From the human T2T-CHM13v2.0 reference genome, Homo sapiens, in NCBI RefSeq assembly GCF_009914755.1, contig NC_060947.1: DNA of 64,000 nucleotides. The stretch is one strand, 5' to 3'. Below, piece after piece: positions 1 to 10,319 of this stretch. The notes under the pieces were generated by a model that made no database searches, had not been told where the DNA came from, and saw only the letters and a list, made by a program, of their open reading frames with translations. Numbering within the stretch: the stretch's first letter is position 1; every line of letters begins with the position of its first letter. The translations under genes were made by a program, and so were the position numbers.

Positions 1-616
1 CCCCAAGCAAGAGCTAAGGTCCTTAAAACGGCCTCCCAGGCCCTACATAATGTGGGATTCTGTTAATCTCTCTGACCTCATCTCCTGCTCTCGTCCTTTT
101 GGCTCACTCTACAGCAACCACGCTGGCCTCTCTGCCATTTCTCAAACGTGGTAGTCACTCCCTGGCCTTAGAGCGTTTGCACCAGCTGGACCTTCTGCCC
201 GGACAGTACTTTCTTTATATATCCGCAAGGCAAACCCTCTCACCTTCTTCATTTCTTTCCTCCAATGTCACCCCTCCAATGAAGCCTACCTGTGTACCCT
301 TGCATATGGCAGTGAATGCTCTACTCCCTTTCTCTTCTCCCATTCTCAACGACCCGAATGCACCCTACCCTGCTGTGTGTTAGCTTACCACCACCACCAC
401 CACCACCTGCCCCACCCAAAGTGATTGTCTCCTTCTACCCTTCTATATAATTAGTAATGTAAAAGGTTTGCATTTTATTTTCTGTTTCCTTGCTCTTGTA
501 TGTACCATTCACGAGGGCCAGGGTGCTTGAGATTTGTTCACCTATGAATCCCAGTTGACTAGACTGGCACGTAGTAGACCTTAATAAGCACTCGTTGAAA
601 GAGTGAATGGATGAAT
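1..616 (+). mobile_element. LINE-2 (L2) 3' fragment
   Basis: L2-type 3' sequence (ctctctgacctcatctcc...ctcactctacagcaaccacgctggcctc) and the L2 terminus (tgttcacc...ctggcacgtagtagaccttaataagcactcgttgaaagagtgaatggatgaat). Confidence 0.75.
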
Positions 617-1944
617 CATTGGATAATCACAACATGCAAAATAATATAGGCTACATTATTATTGAGACTACACAGGCCTCCGTGGTCCAAGTTACAGGAG
701 GAATCTCAACCACTTCTCATGCGTTGCACATCTGGAGATAACATTGGCAACACTGGTGTCATTTGCCACAGGAACTGGGGCGGAAGTCGACCAGTCAAGA
801 ACTGGGCCTGATTTTCACTATCTGTGTATAGACTCTGCCTTCCCCTCCAAATCACCCTTGTGAGCTTTGCAAGCCTGTTGCATGATGAGCAGTGCAAGCC
901 TAGAGCCCACTTCTCCTCCAGTCTCTGAGCCCCAGATTACTCCAGTTATTCTTCTATGTAGTCTTGGCTGAGCTGAGCCCCTCCTTTGACAAAGTGCCCT
1001 CACAGGGATTTTCAAAGAAATTCCATCTGCTCTTTGACATTTAACTGTTCCATGGCTCACGAGCCCTGGAGGAATCTGTGTACAGGTCTCAGCACATCTT
1101 CGTAAGAATCACCCTTCTCCACCTCCACCACGACTCCAAAATAATTTCCTCCAGAAGGCCAGAATTCTACCTTTCTGCCAAAGAAAAGAGTCGGGGGGAT
1201 CCTGCCCGCTACCCACCTCACAGGAGCCAACGTGAGCCCAGGCCGAATCCAAATCTCCCTTTGGTCATGGCCATTGTCTGCTCTGCACTTGCCTGCTGGG
1301 GCCAAGGCCGCAACACTGGGCCCAAGGAGGATGCCCTGGAACCTGTCTTTTTTTCATGGGCAGATGCCCACTGTTTGCTGTCTGTCAGCATCTTATCCCG
1401 GTTGCTCTGCTCAAGGGAAGAGGTCTGCCAGTATCTTCTGCATTGGCAACAGTATCGGAGCAATGTCACAGGCTCAGAAACATTGTTGTTTGCTTGGTCC
1501 ACCGTGGGAAAGCCAGGACCTAGGATTTTGAGGACTGATGGAGGGTGCTGGGTAGTTAAGTTTCTGGGGAATGTGTCGTGATGGGGAAGTCCACTTGTCT
1601 TGGAAGGAAATGCTCACTCCACACATATGATCCCTCAAAGATGCCTGGCAATAGGGCCCCAGCCCTTCCAAATAAAGGGACAGACTGCCACAGCTAATCC
1701 TGAAAGTGCAGATTAATTTTATTTTCCCACACCTCCTCACCTGACCCCGGCATGTTCCCTGTCACTCCTACCCTGCCATGTGTCCAAGTTTGAAAACAGA
1801 AGACTTTCCCAGCCCCAGCTGTCCTGGAGATGGAGTCTTTCCCTGTAGCATAGCAGCATGGGCTTCAGACTTGGCAGGCCCTGGGTCCACCTGCAAGGCT
1901 GCCAGTGACCAGCCAGCTGATCCTGGCAACTTGCTTGTGAGATC

Positions 1945-2080
1945 TGAGTTGGGGTTTTCTCCTCTGTAAACTCGGCCTGGCCTGGTGGCATCTCCCTTGC
2001 AGGACTACTGCAAAGTTAGAGACAATGCATGAAAACAGCAATCAAAGTGCCTGGAACAATTTAGGCACTCGGTAAATGCC
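1945..2080 (+). mobile_element. MIR SINE fragment
   Basis: Degenerate MIR core (gttttctcctctgtaaa...) and 3' end (aaagtgcctggaacaatttaggcactcggtaaatg). Confidence 0.6.
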
Positions 2081-2829
2081 AGCTGCCAAGTTTGCTAGGC
2101 TTTGGGCAGCTTGGGGCTCTCTATCCTTGAGTTATCCTAACAACTGGAGTGTTCTAGGACCCAGAAACTCAATCGCTTTTCAGAGGCATCCTTGCACCTA
2201 AAACTGCAGCTTTCCCACTTGCTTTGTGGAACCTCCGCTGGGGTGGGGCCAGTTTAGGTTTCAGATTTACTCAGCAAGAGGCTTGCACCTGGATGTCTCA
2301 TCTGGATGCCCCGCAAAGCTCAAAGAATTTTTGTAAATGGCACGGTGAATGTTTTCTTTTTCTCTCCACCTTCCAGAAGCCCCTTTCCCTGCCTCTCCCT
2401 CACCCCTGTCTTTCATTTCACAGCCACCGGAAGTCCCGCCCTTCTTCAGCCTTTATCTAATCAAAGGAAGTTTAACTCTTTGCAGTACTCCTGTAGTGTG
2501 TTAGGGAGACTGAACCCCCAGGCCACAAGAGAATAAGCCTGGCCCATTGATCGCTTCCTTCTTGCGCTAGGGCAGGTCACCTGTCACCCAATCCCTTGTT
2601 TCCCAATCCCCTGCAGAGCCTCCTGCCTGAGGCCTTCAGGATTCCAGCAGTCATCTCTCTGACAGGGCAGCTGGAGGTATTCTCCCAGTCTTTCTCCTCT
2701 TATACTGCTGGTTCTCTGACTGAATTAAGCTTCTTGGCCCGTACTTGCAAAGAACCATTTTAGACCATTGGATGATAACTTGCCACCAGAGCCGAAGAAA
2801 GCATGGATTCAGACAGGGTTGGGGAAGAC

Positions 2830-2945
2830 ATTACCTCTTCCCCTGAGCTAGCCGGAGGAGCATCCTGTTAAATGGGCAGTAATCACACCGGCCTGGCAGA
2901 GATAATATGTGGCATGCCTCTGGGACAGGCAGGTGCTCAACAAAT
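2830..2945 (+). mobile_element. MIR SINE fragment
   Basis: catcctgttaaatgggcagtaat...gagataatatgtg...ggtgctcaacaaat resembles the MIR core and 3' end. Confidence 0.5.
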
Positions 2946-4814
2946 CTTTTTACTCTGCAGCTCTCCCACTTACTAGCTGACTGACCTGGGGCTGACTGAC
3001 TGCTGTAAGCCCCCTTGGGTAAAAGGGCGGGTCGGGGGAGGAATGTAATCCGGCCTGGTCCCCAGAAGGATTGGATGCCGCGGCCAGGGTTACTCACACC
3101 TCTTCCCCTGCCTTCACGTGGTGTTTCTTTTGAGGACAGAGACCTTGAGAGTGCACTAGCAGGCAGAGACCGGCAGCAGGGTGGCCTAGAGGAAAGCACT
3201 GTGGGTTTGCAGGGAATGGACATAGGGTCTTGTCTAGGATCTCTCTCTTGCCACTTCTGTGGCTCTAGAAGAGAAAGTCACCGAGGAACCTGGACCTCAG
3301 ATTCCCACCTTGTTTACCTCTGGAGGTGGTATTGATAAATACAGCTCCTCCCAGGGCAAAGAACAGGCCTTTTGATTTTCTGCAGCTCCAGTTTCTAACA
3401 CACTGTCTGAATCCCAGAAGGCGCTCACCATTTTCTGGCTTGCTGAATGAATTTGGAGCTGCTGATGGGGTCATAGTTACTACTTTTGTTTGAAGCCTCC
3501 TTGGCCTGCAAGCTGAGGAGAGTGGGTCCCTGGGCCTTCTCCAGAAGGTCATTTGCTAGCCTACCCTGCACCTAGTGACGTTACTTTGCACACAGCTGGA
3601 AGCAGCGTGAGCCTGGATGTCAAGAAGGAAGAAGGTAGCCTGACCACTCTTTTGTGTGTTATAGCTGCTACCATGAGCCCCACAGGGCTAGGTTGGGCAC
3701 TTGTCACTAGTGCTCCCCAGCAGGGGACCTAGTTCATGCAGTGCTTAGCTCTTGGAGAAAAGGTGGTAGGATTTGCGCCTGATCCCACATGACTTAGTAT
3801 AGCATGGGCCATCGTGCCAGGTACCAATCCGGACTTACTCCATTGCCCCTTTGCCCCCTTGGACACACACACTTTTAAACAATGTGTGCACCCTAACGAA
3901 CCATAGTTCCTGAGAGAAGTGCAAGGTTACCTTTCGGAGATGCCACAGGTGGAGCCTTTTCTCTGGCTCATCCAGTATCTCAGAAGTTCTGCTTTTTTAT
4001 AGCCTTTTCTCGAATTATTTCAGGGTTGTTATTATTAACCATTTTTATTGTCATTAGTTTAAAGTCAGCCACAACACCCACCCTTTGAGGGTCTGCCCCG
4101 CTCACTTCTTCCCTTGCCTCATTCCTTGTTCTCCACTTTCCCCTTCATATAACCTTAACAGTTCGGTGAAGAGTTTATTTCCAAATGTCCACGCTACCTT
4201 CAGTGCCTCCATTTTTACTCCCTCCCCTTCTTCTCTATTATTTCCAAACCTCAGATTGTCCCCTCACCAAGATTTTCTGACGGTCTCATCTTTTTTTATT
4301 TCTGAAGTACCCCATGACAACCTTTTCCCCTGCAACCACCCCTTCTCTCTGCCCTCCTCCTCTCAAGATGATTTTTGTGTATTTTCTACTTCCGTGGCAG
4401 GCACCCTGTGATGTCCTCTTCTTTTTGCCAGTGCTCCCTCCCCTATGCTGGGTGGAGTATCCAATCAAATATCTAATACATAATATTTTCATCATATATT
4501 CTGATCGTATATTTCAGTCCCCCCCAAACTTATTTAAGTGTCTCTTGAATTTTCACACATCCTATGGTGCTCCCTTCCCCGGCCCACTCCCCAAGACAGG
4601 TCACATAAGGTTTTTTACATTTTCATGGCACTTCAGGCTCATTCTCTATCCCAGCATTTACTGCACTGCCAGTTTACCTATTTTTCTTTCCCACATAATC
4701 TAGAACATTCTTTGGACCTGGAGGATGTGTACTAGGGAGTATCCCTAGAATCTAGACTGGTGCCTCACATAACAGGTGGTCAGAAAATGCGCAAGACGTA
4801 CTAGTTGTTAGGCT

Positions 4815-4820
4815 TTTATT
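4815..4820 (-). terminator. Candidate polyadenylation signal of the MAGE-like locus
   Basis: AATAAA on the minus strand (plus tttatt), ~560 nt downstream of the TAA at 5379-5377, at the end of an AT-rich 3'UTR-like tract. Confidence 0.4.
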
Positions 4821-5547
4821 TTTCTCTGTGTTCTGTAGTCACAATGCACAATCATGGAACGCGTAAGTCTTTATATAACATACACAAAAATGCAGGGGGA
4901 TTATACAGATGAGCTTGTTTTATTTTATGTTTTTCCCTTTTATGACCTGGCTATTTTACTGAAGAATCCATTCAAATATTTAAAGTGCACTCAATTGAAA
5001 TCCTATGTACTATATATTTCATATAATAGAATATCATGAAAATGATTTTTGTTTTAAAAAACTGTTAAAACTCTTGTGAGGAACCTGTACAGGCAACAGG
5101 AAAACAAGTCCTCACAAACTTATTAATACTTAGAATGTGTTCTTTTACCAAAATCTTATGATGAATATAACTTGTGAACATCCGGTAATTAAAGGGAGGA
5201 AAAGCAGCAATATTGAAATAAGACCTAAATCATAATGTTACCCACAGAAACACAAACACTAATACCAAATATTTTGTTTTCTCTTCATTTCCTTTCTTTC
5301 CAAATCAGTAATACCCATTGTCCTGGGGCACTCTGGCTCTTCTAGTTGCCCCTCCTCACCAAGTGATAGCTGTGACTTATACTTCACTAGCTGCATGAGG
5401 AGTTGCTGATGGTAGCATTTGAAGGAAGCTGAAATTGGAACTGGAACTTGCACAGGATCTGGCAGGGGCTGGAACTCTGGAATGGGTTTGGGCCTGGACA
5501 TCAGTTAGTGCTTTGTATTTGGCTGTGTCTCTGGCCTTCAGCTGTTT

Positions 5548-5883
5548 CATAGCTTCACTGTATTGTGATGGCCAGTCCCAGAGGTCCCTGTTAAAGACTT
5601 TGGCCACAAAATTTTAAATTTCCATCTTACTGTTTTTCTGGTTGGCTTTGGGACCCCAAAATAATGCATACCCCAGTGGATTGTCATAGTTCACAAGTTT
5701 ATACTCCAGGTACCCATGCTATACAAACTCCTTGGTGATTACCTTTTTCAGGTACCCAAATATTCTGTACTTCTCCTTCAGTTTCACTTCTAACTTTTGC
5801 AGAACCTCCCAGATGAGGCTTTCCTTAGCTCAAGTGAGCACCATGAAATCGACGCCTAATATCACAGTTAGGAGACCTTTTTT
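5548..5883 (-). pseudogene. MAGE homology domain, WH-B half (disrupted by three stops)
   Basis: Translates as KKGLLTVILGVDFMVLT*AKESLIWEVLQKLEVKLKEKYRIFGYLKKVITKEFV*HGYLEYKLVNYDNPLGYALFWGPKANQKNSKMEI*NFVAKVFNRDLWDWPSQYSEAM. This matches the MAGE motifs GLLxxILxxIF, IWExL, IFGxxKKxITxEFV, YLEY, FxWGP, SKMxxLxFVAKV and WPxQYxEA. Confidence 0.95.
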
Positions 5884-5929
5884 GAAATTATTCTCATGTT
5901 TGATTGTGCTTTGGGACTTTGACATTTTC

Positions 5930-7470
5930 TGGGCCCTTGAAGTACCCCAAGCCTTTGAGGTTCTTTGATTCTGAGAGATGCCTGAAACCACTGAGGATCT
6001 AGGGATCCCTCAAGTGCTGAGTTTCTCTGAGATTTTAGGGGCCTCTGAAGTACTGGGAACCTCGAACATGATCAAGCAATTCAAGGTTCTGTAGGGTTTG
6101 AAGGTGCTTAGACCCTTTAAGGCCCTCCAGACTTTTGACACGCCTAGAGCCTCTGAGGAGCTGAGGGTCTTTAAAGTGGTGGTAGCCTTAGAGGTGCTTG
6201 AGTCTTCTAAGGAGGACTGTGAGATACTTGAGACCTTCGACATGTTTAAGGCCTTTGAGGTACTCACTGTCTCTGAGGTGCTTGGAACATTTAAAGTGCT
6301 CAGGGTCTTCAAGGTATTTGGGACCTCAGTGGTGCTGGGCCCTTTCAAGGTGCTTCTAGCCCTAGTGATTCTGGGGTCCTTTGAGGTACAGGGAGCCTCG
6401 AAGATGCTGGTAGCCTTTAAGGTTCTTAGGATATCAAGAATGCTCAGGGATTTTGAACCACTAGGGACCTCAGAGGTCCTGAGGCCCTTAGAAACTCTTG
6501 GAGCCCTCAAGATGCCAGGATACTTTAAGGTGATCTGAGATTTCAAGGTTCTTGGGACCTCAGAAGTTCTGGTAACCTCTAAGATGCTGGGGTCACTTGA
6601 TATACCTTGCTTGGATGTACTTGGGCTCCTTGATATGCTGGAGGCTATGGATGCATTTGGTATACTGGAAGTGCTTGGGGCCTCCCAGTTACTCAGGCCC
6701 TGCGAAGGGCTTGGGGTCTCCAAAGTGCTCAGGTCCCAGTAAGTGTTTGTGTTTGGAGTTTCTGATGCACCCAAGCCTTGTGAAGTACTAGGAATCTCAG
6801 AGACACTGGGTCTCCTAGGAGTGCTCTGACCCTGAGAAGTGCAGCAGTCATAAGAATTATTCCAGCCATGAGAGCTGCTGCAAACTTGGGAGTTGCTATG
6901 ACCCGTTAAAGGAGTGGGGCCCCAGGAGGTGCTTGGGATCCAAGATGGGCTTGGTACCCGCATAGTGCTAGGAGTCTCAGATGTCCTCTGGCCCTGTGGA
7001 TTACCATAGCCTCTGGAGGTGCTAGGGCTTTACCAAGTGCTTGGGTGCTTCAATTGTCAGGGGCCTGCCAGGTGCTGGGGCCCAGCCAACAGCTCTGGAT
7101 CTCTGAGGGATGAGGGCCCTGCCAGGTACTCAGGCCTTGCCAAATGCTGGGACTTATAGCGGCACTTGGACATTGCCAGGTCCTCAGGTTCTGCCAGGTG
7201 GCTGGGTCCAGCCAGGAGGTTGAAGTCCCCCAAACAGTCTCTGCTAAGCTGTGGGATCCCTCCAGATTGTTGGGCCCATCCAGGAAGTACTCAATCCTTG
7301 TGAAGAACTCAGCCTCCACAATATGTTAGGAACCCAGCCCATGCCCCTCCAGGTGTTGGGGCAAAGTGAACAGGGACTCTAAGTCTCCAGGTTGTTTGAC
7401 ATCCCCAAGGTGCTTGGACCAAAGAAGACCCTGAAGGTCCTGGAAGTCCCTGGGCCTTGTGAAGCCATCA
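5930..7470 (-). repeat. Degenerate coding tandem array, 18-bp / 6-aa period
   Basis: Register TSEVPR TLKSQI TLKYPG ILRAPR VSKGLR TSEVPS ... TLKGPS TTEVPN TLKTLS TLNVPS TSETVS. The 5' units read WQNLRT WQCPSA WQGLST WQGPHP WLGPST WQAPDN. Confidence 0.9.
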
Positions 7471-7689
7471 GGCCCTGTATATCACTGCCGGCACCTCCAT
7501 TCTCTCCTACACCCTGTGAGCTTCGAAGAGACTCACTATTCTATCCTCAGAGCTTGTGTCCAGTGGTGTTGGGGAAGTGGGGGGAGAATGGGGGATGTGA
7601 TTCACGCATGTAAGTCAGAGATGGGTACATACAAACCATAGTAGCCTGGAGGGCAGGAGGGAGTAACGTACTACAGTGCAGCCTTAGAA

Positions 7690-8050
7690 ACTGGTCGCTT
7701 CAGCTGATATTACTCCCACTGCTGCCACCACTGCCTCTATCATTACTGTCTCTACTTTCTCTACTGCTGCCTCCTGCCTCAGCCCCTCCACCTTCCCTAG
7801 CTCTGCAGCCACAGCTGCGGCCGGCCACGGCCAACGCCTCTACTGCCACTGACAATGTGATCCCTACCGCAGGCAGTAAAATGCCACCATTATCCCATTG
7901 TGTAGCTGGTTTCCGTGCTGCAGCTTCCTGACTAACCACGCCTACCTACAGCCCTCCAGACTTCCTTCCCAGCAGCCTCCCGTCACAGGGCTCCCCTCAT
8001 ATGACTTTGTCCGCCCCACTTCCAGTACTTCCCACCTCTGACTCCTGCAG
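7690..8050 (-). promoter_or_regulatory. Putative promoter / 5' leader of the MAGE-like gene (decayed CpG-island-like)
   Basis: GC-rich island with residual CpGs (ctgcggccggccacggccaacgcc), many TpG/CpA, and a GC box (tccgcccc at ~8010), immediately upstream of the coding remnant. Confidence 0.4.
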
Positions 8051-8489
8051 AGGAGGTGGGTGGTCTGCAGTTGAGAATGGGAGGCTGGCAGCCAAGGGAG
8101 GAGGGTGCAGGGAAAGGAGTTGAGAAGAGGATGGCAACCAGTCCTTGCATTCTATAATAGCTCTCAGGTCTAAGGAAGTAGTGAGAATCTACTCCGTTCA
8201 CACTGAAGGCGGGCTGTGTGTGTGGTTGGGGGGTTGGGAGGCCAGGCGTGGCAGGAGGGTGTATTCTTGGAAGGAATCAGCTGTCCCAGCCTTCTTTTCC
8301 TGTCTTGGCTTACACAGAGCATTCATTCACTCGCCCTGTTTCCGAAGGCATTTATGTGTATACTAATCAATTCGTGGTCCCGTGTAGGAACTGAATAATA
8401 TTGCTATGGCAGGTATGCTGGGTGATGTGAGGAGATGGGACTGCGGAAACAAGCAGGGTGAAAGAGGTGCAGAGTCTTTAAAATGTGAT

Positions 8490-8625
8490 AGATATATGCA
8501 TGCCATATATGTATATGTATATGTGTATATGTGTGTGTGTACACACATATATATGTATATATATGTATATATATACACATATGTGTGTGTACACATATAT
8601 ATGTATGTATATATATGTATATAAA
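8490..8625. repeat. Compound (TA)n/(TG)n/(CA)n purine-pyrimidine microsatellite
   Basis: About 130 bp of near-continuous RY alternation; it is the source of the spurious YI/VY-rich ORFs. Confidence 0.95.
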
Positions 8626-8689
8626 AATGCAGGGCACTGACAGGATCAGAAGAATTGTGTTTGTGCAGTCTCTCAGAAGAGCGGACTAT

Positions 8690-9140
8690 CTCCTGGCAGA
8701 CCACATAGGAAGCAATTAGAATAAAAAGCACTGGGAACTAAAGTATGCCTTAAGGCTGTTGCCATGGGGATGGAGAGGCAGAAAGGCATTTTAAAGGTGA
8801 CCATTGAAGGGCTTTGCAGACAGAATGGATGAAGTGAATTAATCTCAAACATGGGGACAAGAAGAGAGATTAATATTATAAACACCAATGGCTAGTTGTA
8901 TAAAATTTAAATATTAGGTCCTACTTACTGTCTATCTTTTACATATTGGATATGGTAAAACACTCCTTTTACATCTTCCCTGACCCACTCTGCTCTCTCC
9001 TTCCCCACTGTGCTCCACTATGATGAAGTCAGCAATCATTATACCCATGGAGACTTGTATATATTTGCTACCTACTTATATGTCCATATAAGTAGGGGAG
9101 GGGGTGACGGAGTGCAGGTTGGCTTTAAGGTTTCTAGGCT
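8690..9140 (-). mobile_element. Old L2 fragment interrupted by the 249-bp duplicate
   Basis: ggggatggagaggcag...cagaatggatgaa on the left and agtaggggagggggtgacggagtgcagg...aggtttctaggct on the right read as contiguous antisense L2. Confidence 0.45.
8834..9082 (+). repeat. 249-bp direct duplicate, copy 1
   Basis: Matches 10071-10319 with about 7 substitutions and no indels seen. Confidence 0.97.
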
Positions 9141-9414
9141 CCAGTCTTCCTGGACACCTGATTTATTTTGCTTCTTTCAGAGCATACTCTGAACTTTATC
9201 CACTGCTTGCTTTTGCTCACTGTTTGCTCTGCCTGACCTGCCTTCTCAGCCTTTTCCAACTAGCTAAATTCCATCTGGCTGCTCACAGACTTGTTTCTCC
9301 CTGAAGCTTGTCTTGATCTGTCCAAAAGGGTAATGAGTCCTTTTTTACTCCATTGAGGAAAGCCCTATAGCTAGCACTCTGTATCTTTCTTATGTCATTC
9401 AAGGTAATAGTTTA

Positions 9415-9520
9415 AGCTGTTTCCCATCTGTAAAGTGGGGTTAATTATAGTACTGGCCTCATAGGTTGTGAGAATTAAATGAGATAATAACTGAAAAGCA
9501 TTTATTACATGGTAAGCACA
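9415..9520 (+). mobile_element. MIR SINE fragment
   Basis: gtttcccatctgtaaagtggggttaattatagtactggcctcataggttgtgagaattaaatgagataat is the MIR core. Confidence 0.8.
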
Positions 9521-10070
9521 GACTTTGCCTCTCAAGGTTTTCCAAGCGGTGTGTGAGTGTGGCATTTAATAAATGCGTGCTGAAGGAATGCATGATGGAA
9601 AATATTTTATAGGTGTTCCTTACTGAACTCTTAAGAAACAAATGAATACTTTATGCCTGTCTGGCTGCAATTTTCTTTATAATTAGAGCCTACCGAGTCC
9701 TCCTATTGGGTAAGTCTAGCAATAGACCAATTTGGTTCAGGAAAGAAAGCACCTCTCCAGGACATAGTGCACTCTTGAGCCAGCCCTCCATTTGGGATTA
9801 CCTTTGCACTCGTTCTGGGTCACGGCTTACTCCAACCAGTAGTCTGGCTCCATCTGCTGTCCCACATTCTGAGTCTTCTTACAGTTTCTAGTCCACTGAT
9901 AATTGCTCTGAAATGTTTTTCAGTGCAAGTATGGGTGTATTTTACAGTTTCCAGGAATTTGGATCTTGCATGGAAGTCCATAGCATGTACACTCCTACCC
10001 TCATGAAGCAAAAGTGGTGGGAGTACTTTTGCAGCTTATTTGCTTGTTTTTAGCATGAAATATTTTTGCT

Positions 10071-10319
10071 GTGAATTAATCTCAAACATGGGGACAAGAA
10101 GAGAGATTAATATTATAAACACCAATGGCTAGTTGTGTAAAATTTAAATATTAGGCCCTACTTACTGTCTATCTTTTATATATTGGATATGGTAAAACAC
10201 TCCTTTTATGTCTTCCCTGACCCATTCTGCTCTCTCCTTCCCCACTGTGCTCCACTATGATGAAGTCAGCAATCATTATACCCATGGAGACTTGTATATA
10301 TTTGCCACCTACTTATATG
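10071..10319 (+). repeat. 249-bp direct duplicate, copy 2 (probable donor)
   Basis: Matches 8834-9082 and continues into old L1M-like antisense 3' sequence (to ~10660). Confidence 0.95.

Larger units (their letters stand above)
5377..7500 (-). pseudogene. Intronless type II MAGE-family pseudogene (hexapeptide-repeat N-terminus plus WH-B-only MAGE domain; MAGEH1-like domain truncation, MAGED1/MAGEE1-like repeats)
   Basis: Manual translation: one reading frame runs from ~7050 to the TAA at 5379-5377 and includes ORFs 6010..6963 and 5377..5607. In-frame stops at 7032-7030, 6012-6010, 5832-5830, 5721-5719 and 5616-5614; frameshifts near 7050 and ~7230. The 5' boundary is approximate. Confidence 0.9.

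Noticed and set aside
706-1581. Overlapping ORFs up to 167 aa
   Set aside because: No recognisable domain or convincing exon structure; consistent with chance ORFs in moderately GC-rich DNA.
6098-6538. 146-aa plus-strand ORF rich in V/L/F/K/E
   Set aside because: It is the antisense shadow of the 18-bp coding repeat; the MAGE frame lies on the minus strand.
5930-7470. CRISPR-like or mucin interpretation of the array
   Set aside because: There is no repeat-spacer structure, the context is eukaryotic, no signal peptide is evident, and the array is in frame with a MAGE domain.
5377-7500. Assigning the symbol MAGEH1, MAGEE1 or MAGED1
   Set aside because: The translation differs substantially from those proteins as recalled and carries multiple stops, so the symbol is left blank.
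8363-8731. Y/I/H/V-rich ORFs
   Set aside because: They are translations of the RY microsatellite.
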